DNA from: an uncultured Acidobacteriota bacterium
Lineage (GTDB): Bacteria > Acidobacteriota > Blastocatellia > RBC074
Assembly (NCBI GenBank): GCA_963796275.1
Contig: CAWCKY010000006.1
Span: forward strand, 2,592,001-2,656,000
DNA length: 64,000 nt
Reading direction: 5' to 3'
Made by a program: the position numbers and the translations under genes. Under the pieces are notes generated by a model. That model was not told where the DNA came from. It was given only the letters and a program-made list of their open reading frames with translations, and did no database searches. The first letter of the stretch is position 1, and each line of letters opens with the position of its first letter. Below, piece by piece: positions 53,070 to 64,000 of the stretch.

Positions 53070-53405
53070 TTGACCCAACCGAAAGCGGATCTCTTGCAAG
53101 GCACGCTCGACCTGCTCATCCTCAAGGCGCTCAGCTTAGGGGCGCTCCACGGCTACGGCATCATCCAGCGCATTCGACAGTTGTCTGACGAGTTGCTTGA
53201 GGTCGAGCAAGGCTCTCTCTACCCGGCGGTCTACCGGATAGAGCAACGCGGCTGGATCAGTTCCAAGTAGGGTGTGACCGAGACCAGCCGCCGGGTCAAG
53301 TTCTACACGCTGACTAAAGCAGGCAGTAAACAACTCACCGTCGAGGAAGAGAGCTGGGGTCGGGGGCTCGCCCTGGCCATTGCGAAGGTCAGAAAAGCAG
53401 TCTGA
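53070..53405 (+). pseudogene. PadR-family regulator with in-frame TAG
   Basis: LLQGTLDLLILKAL..GSLYPAVYRIEQRGWISSK*GVTETSRRVKFYTLT; the stop at 53268-53270 replaces a conserved Trp. Confidence 0.85.
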
Positions 53406-53417
53406 GGAGGACCAATT

Positions 53418-56132
53418 ATGGAATGGTTCAACATTCTCAGGGCGCGGCTGCGCGCCTTGTTTCGGCGCGAAAGCGCCTTGCAGGACATTGAAGAAGAATT
53501 GCGCATCCACGTCGAGATGGAGACGGAGACGAATATCGAGCGAGGGATGTCGCCGGACGAGGCGCGAACTGCCGCCATGAAAAGCTTCGGCAACCTGAGC
53601 CGGAACACTGAACTTGGCTATGACATTCGTGGCGGGGGATGGTTAGAGACAGTTTGGCAAGATCTGCGTTACGGCGCGCGAGTGTTGCGCAAAGCGCCCG
53701 GTTTTACCGCCCTGGCCGTGCTGGCATTGGCGCTGGGCATAAGTGTGAACACGACTCTTCTGAGCGTAGTGAACGCTCTAGTCCTTCGTTCGCTGCCGGT
53801 GGAAAGGCCGGATCAACTCGTCAGGCTGTACCGGGAAAGCAAGAAGGAAGGCGCGTTCTGGGGCAATGTTGCTTATGCAAACTATGTAGATCTGCGCGAT
53901 CAGAACGAGACTCTGTCCGGACTGTCTGCGTTCAAGAATACCTCCGCGGGAATCAGCGGCGGCGAGGGCCACAATTCGGGCGGTTATGCCCGAGCGGAAA
54001 TCGCCTCTGGCGAGCTGGTCAGCGGCAATTACTTCGATGTGCTGGGAGTTAAACCGGTGCTCGGGCGAGGCTTTTCGCCAGAAGAAGATCGCACGGAAAA
54101 CTCGCATCCGGTTGTCGTTTTGGGCCAGGCGTTTTGGCAGCGTTGCTTCAACTCCGATGCGACGATCGTCGGTAAAGCGATTTTCATCAACGGCCATCCC
54201 TTCACGGTCGTCGGCGTCGCGCCCGCGACCTTCAAAGGTCTCAATTATGGAATCCGGCATGATTTCTGGGTGCCATTGATGATGCAGTCGAAATTCAACG
54301 GGCAGACAGGCTGGTGGATGGCGAATCGCAACTGGAACAGTCTCCAATTAATGGGGCGACTCAAATCCGGCGTCACAGTGGCGCAGGCGGACACCGATTT
54401 GAAGCGGTTGGCGAACAACCTGGCGCAACTCTATCCAAAAGAGAATTCCGATATGCTGGTGCGCTGCGTATCTGAGATTGACGGGAGATATGGAGGGGCA
54501 ACCTGAATTCTCAAGCTCGGTTCGGTGCTCGCCACATCTATGGCGGGTCTGGTTTTGCTGGCGGCTTGCGCTAACGTCGCCAATCTGACGCTGGGGCGAA
54601 CCGCCGCGCGCAGTAAAGAGATAGGCATCAGGTTGGCTGTTGGCGCAAGGCGGTTTCGCATTGTACGGCAATTGCTGACAGAAGGCTTTCTGCTCGCGCT
54701 GCTCGGCGGGACTCTGGGTTGGCTGTTCGCATATTGGGGGACCGATCTGGTGAGAGCGACGTATCCGCGCCTCACCGTCACGATCGATCTCGATGTCAGC
54801 CCTGATCTATACGTCTTGAAATGGATGTTAGTCGTTACGCTCTCGACCGTATTGATTTTCGGGCTGGCGCCCGCCTTGTTGGCTTCGCGGCCTGATCTGG
54901 TCGCAGTGTTGAAGAGTGATATCGCCGGTCGATCAGGGAGCGGGCGCCGTTGGAATCTAAGCGGCCTCCTGGTCGTCGCTCAGGTGACTATCACTTGCAT
55001 CATCCTTGTCTGCGCCGGTTTGTTTCTCAGGAGCTGGAACAACGCAGTAAACGTAGAACTGGGGTTCAGTACCGAAAATATGATAATGATGATGGTTGAT
55101 CCCGGTTCGCTCGGCTATACCCATGAGACCGCCAAACGATTTCATAGCGAGTTGCTCAAGCGCATCGAGGTCCAGCCCGGCGTGCGCGCCGCCGCGCTCA
55201 CGCAGAGGGCGCCGTTAGAGGACAATTCCGATATCCGGACGGTTGTCAAAGAAGGCGAACCCGATCCGCCTCCAAACGAGGGGGATAAGATCGCCGCCAA
55301 TTTCGTCTCGCCCAAGTATTTCGAAACGATCGCGACGCCGCTGCTGTCAGGGCGCGATTTCACCGAACGCGATAACAGCGATGCGCCGTTGGTAGCGATC
55401 GTCAATCAGGAATATGCTCGTAGATTCTACGGCGGAGAAGGGAACGCTCTGGGCAAACGCATTCGCATCTTGAACCCGCAATCCTCTCTGATCGAAATTG
55501 TCGGCGTCGTCAAAAACGCTCTCTACGTTACGTTGTATGAAGCGCCGCAGCCCCACCTCTTCCTGCCGCGATTTCAACATGTCGGATCCGGAATGACACT
55601 GCTGGTCAGCGCGAACATCGCCGGCGATTTGAAAGCCGTTGCGGAAAGCGTGCGCCGTGTAATCGGGCAACTTGACTCGCGCGTGCCCGTACACGGCGTG
55701 AAGATGACCGATGAGATTTTGTCATACGACTACTGGGCGCCCCGTCTGGCAGCGGGTGCGGGAACGGCTTGCGGCCTGTTGGCGCTGCTGCTGGCGTCAA
55801 TGGGCTTGTACAGTGTGATGACTTACGCTGTCGGCCGGCGAACGCGCGAAATCGGTGTGCGCATGGCTGTCGGCGCGCAAATCCCGGATGTGCTGAAGCT
55901 GATCATCCGTCAGGGTATGAAGTTGGTCCTCATCGGCATCGTGATCGGCATGGCCGGAGCGTTCGCCGTAACCCGCGTGGTCTCGAGCTTATTATTCGGC
56001 GTGAGATCCAATGATCCCGCCACGTTTGCCGGCGTCGCAATTTTATTGGTGGCAGTCGCATTGCTGGCTTGCTGGATCCCAGCGCGGCGGGCGACAAAGA
56101 TAGATCCATTAACGGCACTGAGGCAAGAATAG
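53418..56132 (+). pseudogene. ADOP-family duplicated permease with in-frame TGA
   Basis: ORFs 53418-54506 and 54525-56132 are in the same frame, separated only by the TGA at 54504-54506 and six codons. Confidence 0.85.
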
Positions 56133-56468
56133 GCGTCGTCTCACTTTGGCAAAGAAGATGGCGAACCGGGGAGCATTGCTGTGAGCCGTAACCGATGATT
56201 TGAATGGTCAAACTCCTTAATGACGCGAAGCAGTCTAAGAACATGAGATCCTGTTTTTTATATGTGTCTTTCGTCTGTTTCGCATCACTCATCTGATTTA
56301 TGACAAGCCAGCCCGGTTGAACCTGGCCCATAACCTGTGCGACTCGAAATTTGAACTCGGAGTTCCAGCACCCTAAATTGGCAATTTAGCTCAGGGATTC
56401 TCATGTTATGTTGTATTGATAGACTCCGGCCATAACCCGCCATAAAATGAGTATCCCGTGACATATCT

Positions 56469-56999
56469 TCATTTTACGAGCGACGCGAACTTCTTCTGGT
56501 ATTCAGCTGCGATTCGCGTGTGAGTTGACCAGAAGGGGCGTGGTTCCACACCATTCAGAATATCAACCAGGATAGCGAGGTGAGTATGCCAGCCGCCGGC
56601 AACCTCCATCACCATCTCTCGGCTATCAAGCCGACGGTGCGTCAAAACCAGAATTACCTGTCCGTCGTGGGGCGTCAATTCGAAGGTAACTTCAGACTCT
56701 TTACTGGACTCTTCTTTCCACCTGAAACTCTGCAGATGCGGCGGCTCGCACCTTGTGATGCGACCATAACTCATAACCCCATTTTCGTATTGTTTGTATT
56801 TGTCTGGTGTCGGTTCAATATGTGGAGAAAGATCGGCGTGGTGAAATTTCAATTCCACTCGCCCGCCGACACGCAGTTCCATTTCACCAGAAGCCAGCCA
56901 CTTTCCTCGCTTCTCGGATTCCGTAAGATATACCCAGACTCTTTCGATCGGGCCGGGCAGCAATCGTTCGAATCGGACCGTGCCGGCCTCAGTGAACAT
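56469..56999 (-). CDS. SRPBCC/AHSA1 family protein
   Basis: TVRFERLLPGPIERVWVYLTESEKRGKWL, SEVTFEL and GGWHTHLAIL. Confidence 0.88.
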   Translation of the reverse strand: MFTEAGTVRFERLLPGPIERVWVYLTESEKRGKWLASGEMELRVGGRVELKFHHADLSPHIEPTPDKYKQYENGVMSYGRITRCEPPHLQSFRWKEESSKESEVTFELTPHDGQVILVLTHRRLDSREMVMEVAGGWHTHLAILVDILNGVEPRPFWSTHTRIAAEYQKKFASLVK

Positions 57000-57097
57000 G
57001 CAAGGCGGGGCGATCTCACCCTGATCGTAAATTCCTCTCCATACGCTGCTCTCTGAGATTTTGCAGGATCGTACTATCCTTCTCCAGTATCGTATTA

Positions 57098-58151
<1,054 letters not shown>

Positions 58152-58411
58152 GCCGCGGTACTGACAATGCAGAAGTCAAGATGATGAGCAATAACATCAC
58201 AGACGCGAGCAGAGGGCTCGCATCAGCCTCGATAATGAGAGTCGTGAGTTAATTCTACTTTGGTCAAGCTATGTCGATTGCTGGCGAGGCTGGGCTTATG
58301 TAACCCTATATTCCACGTGTACGGAATGGAATTATTTCACGTGTATTGAGGAGAATCGCGAATAGAGTCTGGACTGCTCAATCACAATTTGAAGATCGTA
58401 TTTTGCCTGAG

Positions 58412-58445
58412 CGGGCTACGAGCTATGACGGGCTACGAGCTATGA
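58412..58445 (+). repeat. Perfect 17-bp tandem duplication just upstream of a start codon
   Basis: cgggctacgagctatga x2. Confidence 0.9.
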
Positions 58446-58446
58446 G

Positions 58447-59886
58447 ATGACTGCAAGGCGACTGGTTACAGCGGCGCTTTGGCTCTCCATGTTTCTAGGG
58501 GGACCGGTCCGGATGAGTTTGCAAGCCCAGCCGACATGCCCCAATCCACCTAACTATAAGCCACTCCGGCAAGACGAAGATTACATCTACCTTCGCGACG
58601 GTGCCTGCAAACGCGATCGCTGGGACTCTCTGAAATATGTGCGACTCGGATCGAGCGGCGACAGCTTTCTGACAATCGGCGGTGAAGCGCGGGAGTGGTA
58701 TGAAGGATTCCGCAATGCCAATTGGGGCGTGGGTCCCCAGGATGACAATGGATATCTCTTACAACGGCTCTCAGCTTTTGGTGATTTTCATGTGAACAGT
58801 CGCATTCGGTTCTTTGCGCAACTCACGAGCGATATCGAAGCAGGGAGAAACGGCGGCCCGCGGCCTGTCCTTGATGAGTCCAAGCTTTGGTTCGAGCAGG
58901 CGTTCGCGGATTGGGCCTTGGTGGAAGGCGCAGAGGGGAAAGCCCCCCCGCTGATCGTGCGGCTTGGGCGGCAACAGTTCCGCTTCGGATCGGGCCGATT
59001 TGTGGACTTCAGAGAAGGGCCCAATGTTCACCGGTCATTCGATGGAATCGCTCTCAGGTGGAGAAAGGCTTCGTGGGACGTGACCGGGATCGCCACGAAG
59101 CCCGTGCGGAATGGAACCGGTTTTTTCGACGCGCCGCCCGAGCCTGGCACGACCTTCTGGGGGATATACGCCGTTCGGTCGTTGCCCAAGACCAAGGGAG
59201 GGAACGTCGACCTTTATTATCTTGGCTTGGACCGAAAGCAGGCAATATTTGACAAAGGCGTGGGCCGCGAGTTGCGCCATACGGTAGGAACGCGTTTCTG
59301 GGGCAGACGGGGGGGATGGGATTATAACAGTGAGGTGGCGCTTCAATTCGGGGCCTTCGGCGATCGCGGGCTACTCGCCTGGGGCACTGCCCACACCACG
59401 GGATACACTTTTCGATCCACGCGTTTTCAGCCTCGAATCGGAACGACGGCCTCTGTCACGAGCGGTGATAGTGGTAATCCAAAGTCGCCGTTGGGGACTT
59501 TCAGTCCGCTGTTCCCGACCAGCATCTACTATGGCCAGGGAGCGATAAATCTGAATGGGCCTACTAATCTTATCCAGTTCGGTTCGCGCGTGGGATTGCA
59601 GGTAACGAAATCGGTCGGGGTCATTCTTGATAACGATGTCTTCTGGCGGACAAGCCTGCGCGACGGCGTCTATGGATTGGCCAGTAACTTATTAGTCTCC
59701 GGGCAAGGGAACCTCGAACGCTACGTGGGCACTCAGCCATCGGTGGGCGTCTACTGGCAGATCAATCGTCACCTTTCAGTGTCTGCCGCATATAACCATT
59801 TCTTCGCTGGTCCATTCCTGGTTGAAGCGACGCCGCCGAGGCGATCAGTAGACTATGCGGCGGCATGGGTGACTTATAAATTCTAG
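58447..59886 (+). CDS. Alginate export family outer-membrane beta-barrel protein
   Basis: Signal peptide; LR.DEDY.YL, RLGRQ.F.FGSGR..REGPNV..SFDG, SGD...GTFSPLFP and C-terminal YKF. Confidence 0.88.
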   Translation: MTARRLVTAALWLSMFLGGPVRMSLQAQPTCPNPPNYKPLRQDEDYIYLRDGACKRDRWDSLKYVRLGSSGDSFLTIGGEAREWYEGFRNANWGVGPQDDNGYLLQRLSAFGDFHVNSRIRFFAQLTSDIEAGRNGGPRPVLDESKLWFEQAFADWALVEGAEGKAPPLIVRLGRQQFRFGSGRFVDFREGPNVHRSFDGIALRWRKASWDVTGIATKPVRNGTGFFDAPPEPGTTFWGIYAVRSLPKTKGGNVDLYYLGLDRKQAIFDKGVGRELRHTVGTRFWGRRGGWDYNSEVALQFGAFGDRGLLAWGTAHTTGYTFRSTRFQPRIGTTASVTSGDSGNPKSPLGTFSPLFPTSIYYGQGAINLNGPTNLIQFGSRVGLQVTKSVGVILDNDVFWRTSLRDGVYGLASNLLVSGQGNLERYVGTQPSVGVYWQINRHLSVSAAYNHFFAGPFLVEATPPRRSVDYAAAWVTYKF

Positions 59887-60158
59887 TGGGAGGCAAGTCG
59901 AACGGATCGCAGCCACTTTAACAATACAATTCATAGCGCTGCGATTCGAGTGAGGCGCCAAATATATGACAACTCTCACAACTGTGGCGCAGACTGAGTT
60001 TCTGCTTGCGGCGAGATCGCTTCGAGAGTTCGATGAGAATTTATTCGCAACCAAAAGGTTGAAGTCCGATCAATATATCGTTTGATCGACTCGGGCAAAC
60101 AGCTCGAATCGGTTGATGCGATCGAACAGCGGGATGTCAGCACACTCATCAGAGGCGT

Positions 60159-62264
60159 TCATCTGTTTTCTTTCAACTCCCATCTCTCACCGAAAAACCC
60201 AGCGACTGCGATACGGCCCGGCGCGCGCGTGGAAGCGGGCGTGCTCAGATCAATCACCGCCCAATCTGGCAGTTTCGGCGTCTGGCGCGCGTTACTCGAA
60301 TGATGCGACTCGCGGAAGGTGAACCCGCTATTGATCACGACGTAACGTTTGGGGTTGAGCGGGTTCGGATAGATCAGGATCGGCGCGTGTTGATCCGCCG
60401 CAAAGATTTGACCACCGACCTTCACGCTTTGCGCGTCCCAACCGATCGGCAAAAGATCAATGACCTTCGCGAGTATCTTGTTGCTAGCCGGATCGCCCCA
60501 CAAAATCAGATTGCTTCGCGCGATGTCCTCACTGGTTATCTCCGTGGCGTCTTTCACTCTCGGCTCGCCGCGAAATATGGCTCGCCATTGTTCGACAGCG
60601 CGCGCTTGTTCGGACGCGACCCATGCGCCGATCTTCTCGTTCATCGCCTTGCCAGTTGGGCGAACCATAACAAAGCTGCTCATAAACGCGTCGTCAATCG
60701 GACCCTGCAGGCCGTGGCGTTTAACTAATGCGCCGTCGTCAACTGTTTTAACTAACGACCAGCGGTTGCCATTCCTTCGGAAATGCGCCGTCCACGAACG
60801 GTCGGACGAAACCGGCGTAGCTTCGACTCTCTGGTCGTCGAGGATGACCACAGGTTTGCGCGAATTGTCGAGCGGGGACATTCCAGAAGGCATATCCAGC
60901 GTCAACGCCGTTACATTCCGCGTTTTGACGCGCACGGTCGAAGAATCGGAAATTTCTGCATCAACACGGACGCGCTCCCAGTGCTCGCCGAGCGCGTCAA
61001 TCGTCACCCAGAACATCTTGTTATACCGCAACGTCCAGGTCGTGAGCTTCAGCTTGCGTGGCAGCGGGTCGCGTCCGCGGCCGACGATACTGTCAATCCG
61101 CCGGTCGATCTCCTTGATCGAGTCGGGATGGTATTTGTGTTCGGTCTTCGGCCCGATGATGTGGGTGAGTTCGATGCCCTCGAGCTTCAGTTCGCGAGCC
61201 ATGGCTTCCGCAGCCTGTTTCTGACGGTCTAGCTCGCCGCTGTAAGCGACGGTAGGCAGGTTGAAGAGATTGGCAGCGTAATCGGTGGCGTTGTACAAAT
61301 GCCAGAGCTTTTGTTCGTACCACGGCGCGTCGTGTCGCTTGAGCTTAAGGTATTCAGGTGTTTCGGCGAAGCCTGCGCCAGGCGCTGCGGCCGCCCACAT
61401 CCCGGCGTGATGCGCGGCGATGTGCCAGGTGGCCGCGCCGCCCATCGAAAATCCGCGAATGCTGACGCGGTTTTCATCAATCGGATAATGGCGGCGGACG
61501 TGATCGAGAGCTTCGAATAGATCTGCCTCACCGGCGAATTTGTTTGCGTTGCAGTATCGGCCGTATGGATGCAGCACGAACGCGTTCGGCGGAGCGAATT
61601 GTCCGGGGTTCTTCTTCCGGTCGTTGATGAAGTTGACTTCGCTCAGGGTCTCGTGACGACCGTGGAACCAGACGTCCAAACGATATCGAAAGGGCATGCT
61701 CCCTTGATATGTCGCGGGAACCACTACCCCGTACGGTTGAACCGAGCCGTCAATGTCAGAAACGTAACCGCGAACCACGAGGCCGGTCTGCGTCGTCCAC
61801 GGCGCCTTTCCTTCGCGCAACGCGCGCGCTCGTTCAAGACCTTGCTTGATCTGTGATTTGGCAACCGTTACATCTTCCGGCTTGAAGAATTCGTTGTAAG
61901 AGAGAGCGTAACGGACTGCGTTGTGGAAGATTTGAACGTCAGGCGCCAGATCGAGCAATGCAGGCTTGCTTTTCAATTCAACACGCACCTCTTCGATCTC
62001 TTTACCGAGTTGGGCGACGCCAGCTTCGAGTTCGGCGCGATCGGCGCCAGAGACTTCGATACCTTTTGGCGGAATAGTACGAACATCCGCATTGATATGC
62101 TGCGCTCTTATTGGCGATAAGTCTGTAAATGCGAAGAGCAGCAAGAAATCGGGGAAACGGAATAGCATTTGTGCGAGAAACACAAAACAAATGAAAAATA
62201 ACGAAATTGACGAAAATTTTTCGTTTGTTTGGGTATTTTTCATTTGTTTCGTGTTTCTCTCCAT
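60159..62264 (-). CDS. Secreted prolyl-oligopeptidase-like alpha/beta hydrolase (start uncertain: 62264 or 62168)
   Basis: SDIDGSVQPYG, WFHGR, GFSMGG nucleophile elbow, YSGELD, HKYH and IYPNPLNPKRYVVINSG. Confidence 0.82.
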   Translation of the reverse strand: MERNTKQMKNTQTNEKFSSISLFFICFVFLAQMLFRFPDFLLLFAFTDLSPIRAQHINADVRTIPPKGIEVSGADRAELEAGVAQLGKEIEEVRVELKSKPALLDLAPDVQIFHNAVRYALSYNEFFKPEDVTVAKSQIKQGLERARALREGKAPWTTQTGLVVRGYVSDIDGSVQPYGVVVPATYQGSMPFRYRLDVWFHGRHETLSEVNFINDRKKNPGQFAPPNAFVLHPYGRYCNANKFAGEADLFEALDHVRRHYPIDENRVSIRGFSMGGAATWHIAAHHAGMWAAAAPGAGFAETPEYLKLKRHDAPWYEQKLWHLYNATDYAANLFNLPTVAYSGELDRQKQAAEAMARELKLEGIELTHIIGPKTEHKYHPDSIKEIDRRIDSIVGRGRDPLPRKLKLTTWTLRYNKMFWVTIDALGEHWERVRVDAEISDSSTVRVKTRNVTALTLDMPSGMSPLDNSRKPVVILDDQRVEATPVSSDRSWTAHFRRNGNRWSLVKTVDDGALVKRHGLQGPIDDAFMSSFVMVRPTGKAMNEKIGAWVASEQARAVEQWRAIFRGEPRVKDATEITSEDIARSNLILWGDPASNKILAKVIDLLPIGWDAQSVKVGGQIFAADQHAPILIYPNPLNPKRYVVINSGFTFRESHHSSNARQTPKLPDWAVIDLSTPASTRAPGRIAVAGFFGERWELKENR
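62175..62259. repeat. Long palindrome with 26-bp arms (1 mismatch)
   Basis: gagaaacacaaaacaaatgaaaaata pairs with tatttttcatttgtttcgtgtttctc; inner acgaaaa/ttttcgt. Confidence 0.85.
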
Positions 62265-63009
62265 TCCACAACCTGGATAAGATAACCGATCTATTCACTG
62301 AAATAAAAGAAAGAGAATAATGCGCTTGGTTATTTAGGCCGAGATGCGAAAGTTGTACAAAGAGAGGGGAGCAAAAAACATAGAGCAACAATATAAAAGT
62401 CGGTATTTTCTCTGCTATCTGTATAGTTGTGAAAGAAGCGATAAAACCAGATAAAAGAGCGTAATTATTTGCTTTTTATTTTGCCGGTTCTTTCTCTATA
62501 TGACCCAATCTTCCATGCTTAAATCAGGGGCAATGTGTGTGCCAAAGCAAATGAGGTAAGAAATTTGCAGTAGTGCTGACTACTTGTCTCTCCTATTATC
62601 TTGTCTTTTATATCTACTCGGCGCGCTGGGTGTAATACATAACCGTTCTGAATGGGAACAGCGCAAAAACATTGAGCTTTTTTCGTGTGTCTCCGCAGTC
62701 CCAACTGACAAAAGAAATTATCTAGCAAAACCCCTCATTAGCCCGGAACAATAATTGCTTATTGTGAACCTATAAAAAGAAAACAAAATTTTCGTCGGGG
62801 TCAGGCCACTTCGCGCTGATCTTTCTGGTTCGGCGATCAATTCCAAGAAAAGAGGGAACTCATGGCAAACCGACCTAAGAAGTGTGAGAGCTTGTTGCAA
62901 GCAGGTTATGGATTAATCAAAGGTTACCTCTTGAAATAGGTAACTTGAATGTGATTTGGCGAGTTGAATGTTAACAATTTTCACCACATTGGATAAGGAG
63001 GAGACAGAA

Positions 63010-63624
63010 ATGAATCAACAATTTAAGGAACTTTTACTTCAGTCACTGGAAACTGAGATGGGGGGAGTACAAGTCTACCAGACTGCGCTGAAATGCGTAG
63101 TCAATAAAGACCTTAAAAAGGAATGGAAAGAGTATCTCGACCAAACCAAACGTCACGTTGAGATTATGCACGAATTATTCGAAAAATTCGGTCTCGATCC
63201 GGAACAAGTAACACCTGGACGTAAAGTGGTCCGCCATATTGGTGCATCTCTGGTGACTGCGATCGAAATGGCGATAAAAAGCGGTAAACCCGAAGCGGCA
63301 GAACTGGTAGCCTGCGAGTGCGTTGTCCTGGCAGAAACCAAAGATCATGCAAATTGGGAACTCATTTCTCAATGCGCTGAAAAATCCAAGGGGGAAGAAG
63401 GAAAAGTTCTTAAAGAAGCCTGTGCAGAAGTCGAAGAACAAGAAGATGAACATCTTTACCACAGTAAAGGCTGGAGCCGAGAATTGTGGATAGCTTCACT
63501 CGGAATGCGGGCGGTGTTGCCCCCTCCGGAAGAAAAGAAAGATGTAAAAACGGCGATCGGAGCAGCACGGGCACAACACTCGCGGAAAGAGATGCTAAAA
63601 AAAGGAAAGTCATCGGGAATTTGA
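63010..63624 (+). CDS. Ferritin-like (DUF892-type) protein
   Basis: RBS aggagg; LETEMGGVQVY, YLDQTKRH, LAETKDH and VEEQEDEH di-iron-type motifs. Confidence 0.8.
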   Translation: MNQQFKELLLQSLETEMGGVQVYQTALKCVVNKDLKKEWKEYLDQTKRHVEIMHELFEKFGLDPEQVTPGRKVVRHIGASLVTAIEMAIKSGKPEAAELVACECVVLAETKDHANWELISQCAEKSKGEEGKVLKEACAEVEEQEDEHLYHSKGWSRELWIASLGMRAVLPPPEEKKDVKTAIGAARAQHSRKEMLKKGKSSGI

Positions 63625-64000
63625 GTTTATCACTGGAAGATCAATTGACACTCTCGGCACTAAACGCCCTTAGGTACACATAGCCCGTGCGTTCATAGGC
63701 AAGAAATCGCCTATGATTTTTTGGGCTAGTTGGAAAATTGATATCATATTCCTGCTGTTCAGTTAGCTCAGTTTTTTCTACCCGTTTAATTACCACTGGT
63801 TCGTAGATTGCAATATTGAAATTCACACCAGTTTATTCCGGTTATTCCGATTAAATGACCGGAAGTGCATGTATTGCCTGGATATGGATATGTGTATTAG
63901 CGATACACATAACATGTCATTGTAACCAGTGTGTAAGCCCACAAGAGCATTGGGCTATTGAAGATCACCGGGACGGGATTGAGCTGAGAAGCAAGAGATC

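Noticed and set aside
54504-54506. Selenocysteine readthrough of the TGA (or pyrrolysine at TAG 53268)
   Set aside because: The position is not a catalytic Cys site, no convincing SECIS-like hairpin was seen, and the TAG replaces a conserved Trp. Nonsense mutation is simpler.

Overview
Bacterial DNA of moderately high GC. The gene families (four Acidobacterial-type PadR regulators paired with duplicated MacB/FtsX-like 'ADOP' permeases, an Oar-like TonB-dependent receptor, tricorn protease, DUF1080, DUF2911) point to Acidobacteriota; this is inference. The first ~37 kb is a patchwork of standalone, mostly secreted enzymes interleaved with small gene remnants: IS605 tnpA/tnpB, ISL3, IS5, Prim-Pol, a group II intron 5' region, a sigma54 activator, a PAS kinase and an ADOP tail. 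About 37-56 kb is a dense array of PadR-ADOP modules with no ABC ATPase. Each PadR gene sits behind its own sigma70-like promoter carrying palindromic operators with a 5-bp spacer. The arm sequence differs between modules, in parallel with each PadR's recognition helix. The array also holds a recent tandem ADOP duplication that diverged mainly in extracytoplasmic loops, and an in-frame ADOP::metallo-beta-lactamase-fold fusion. No rRNA, tRNA or CRISPR array was seen. All calls come from reading the sequence by eye, with no database search.
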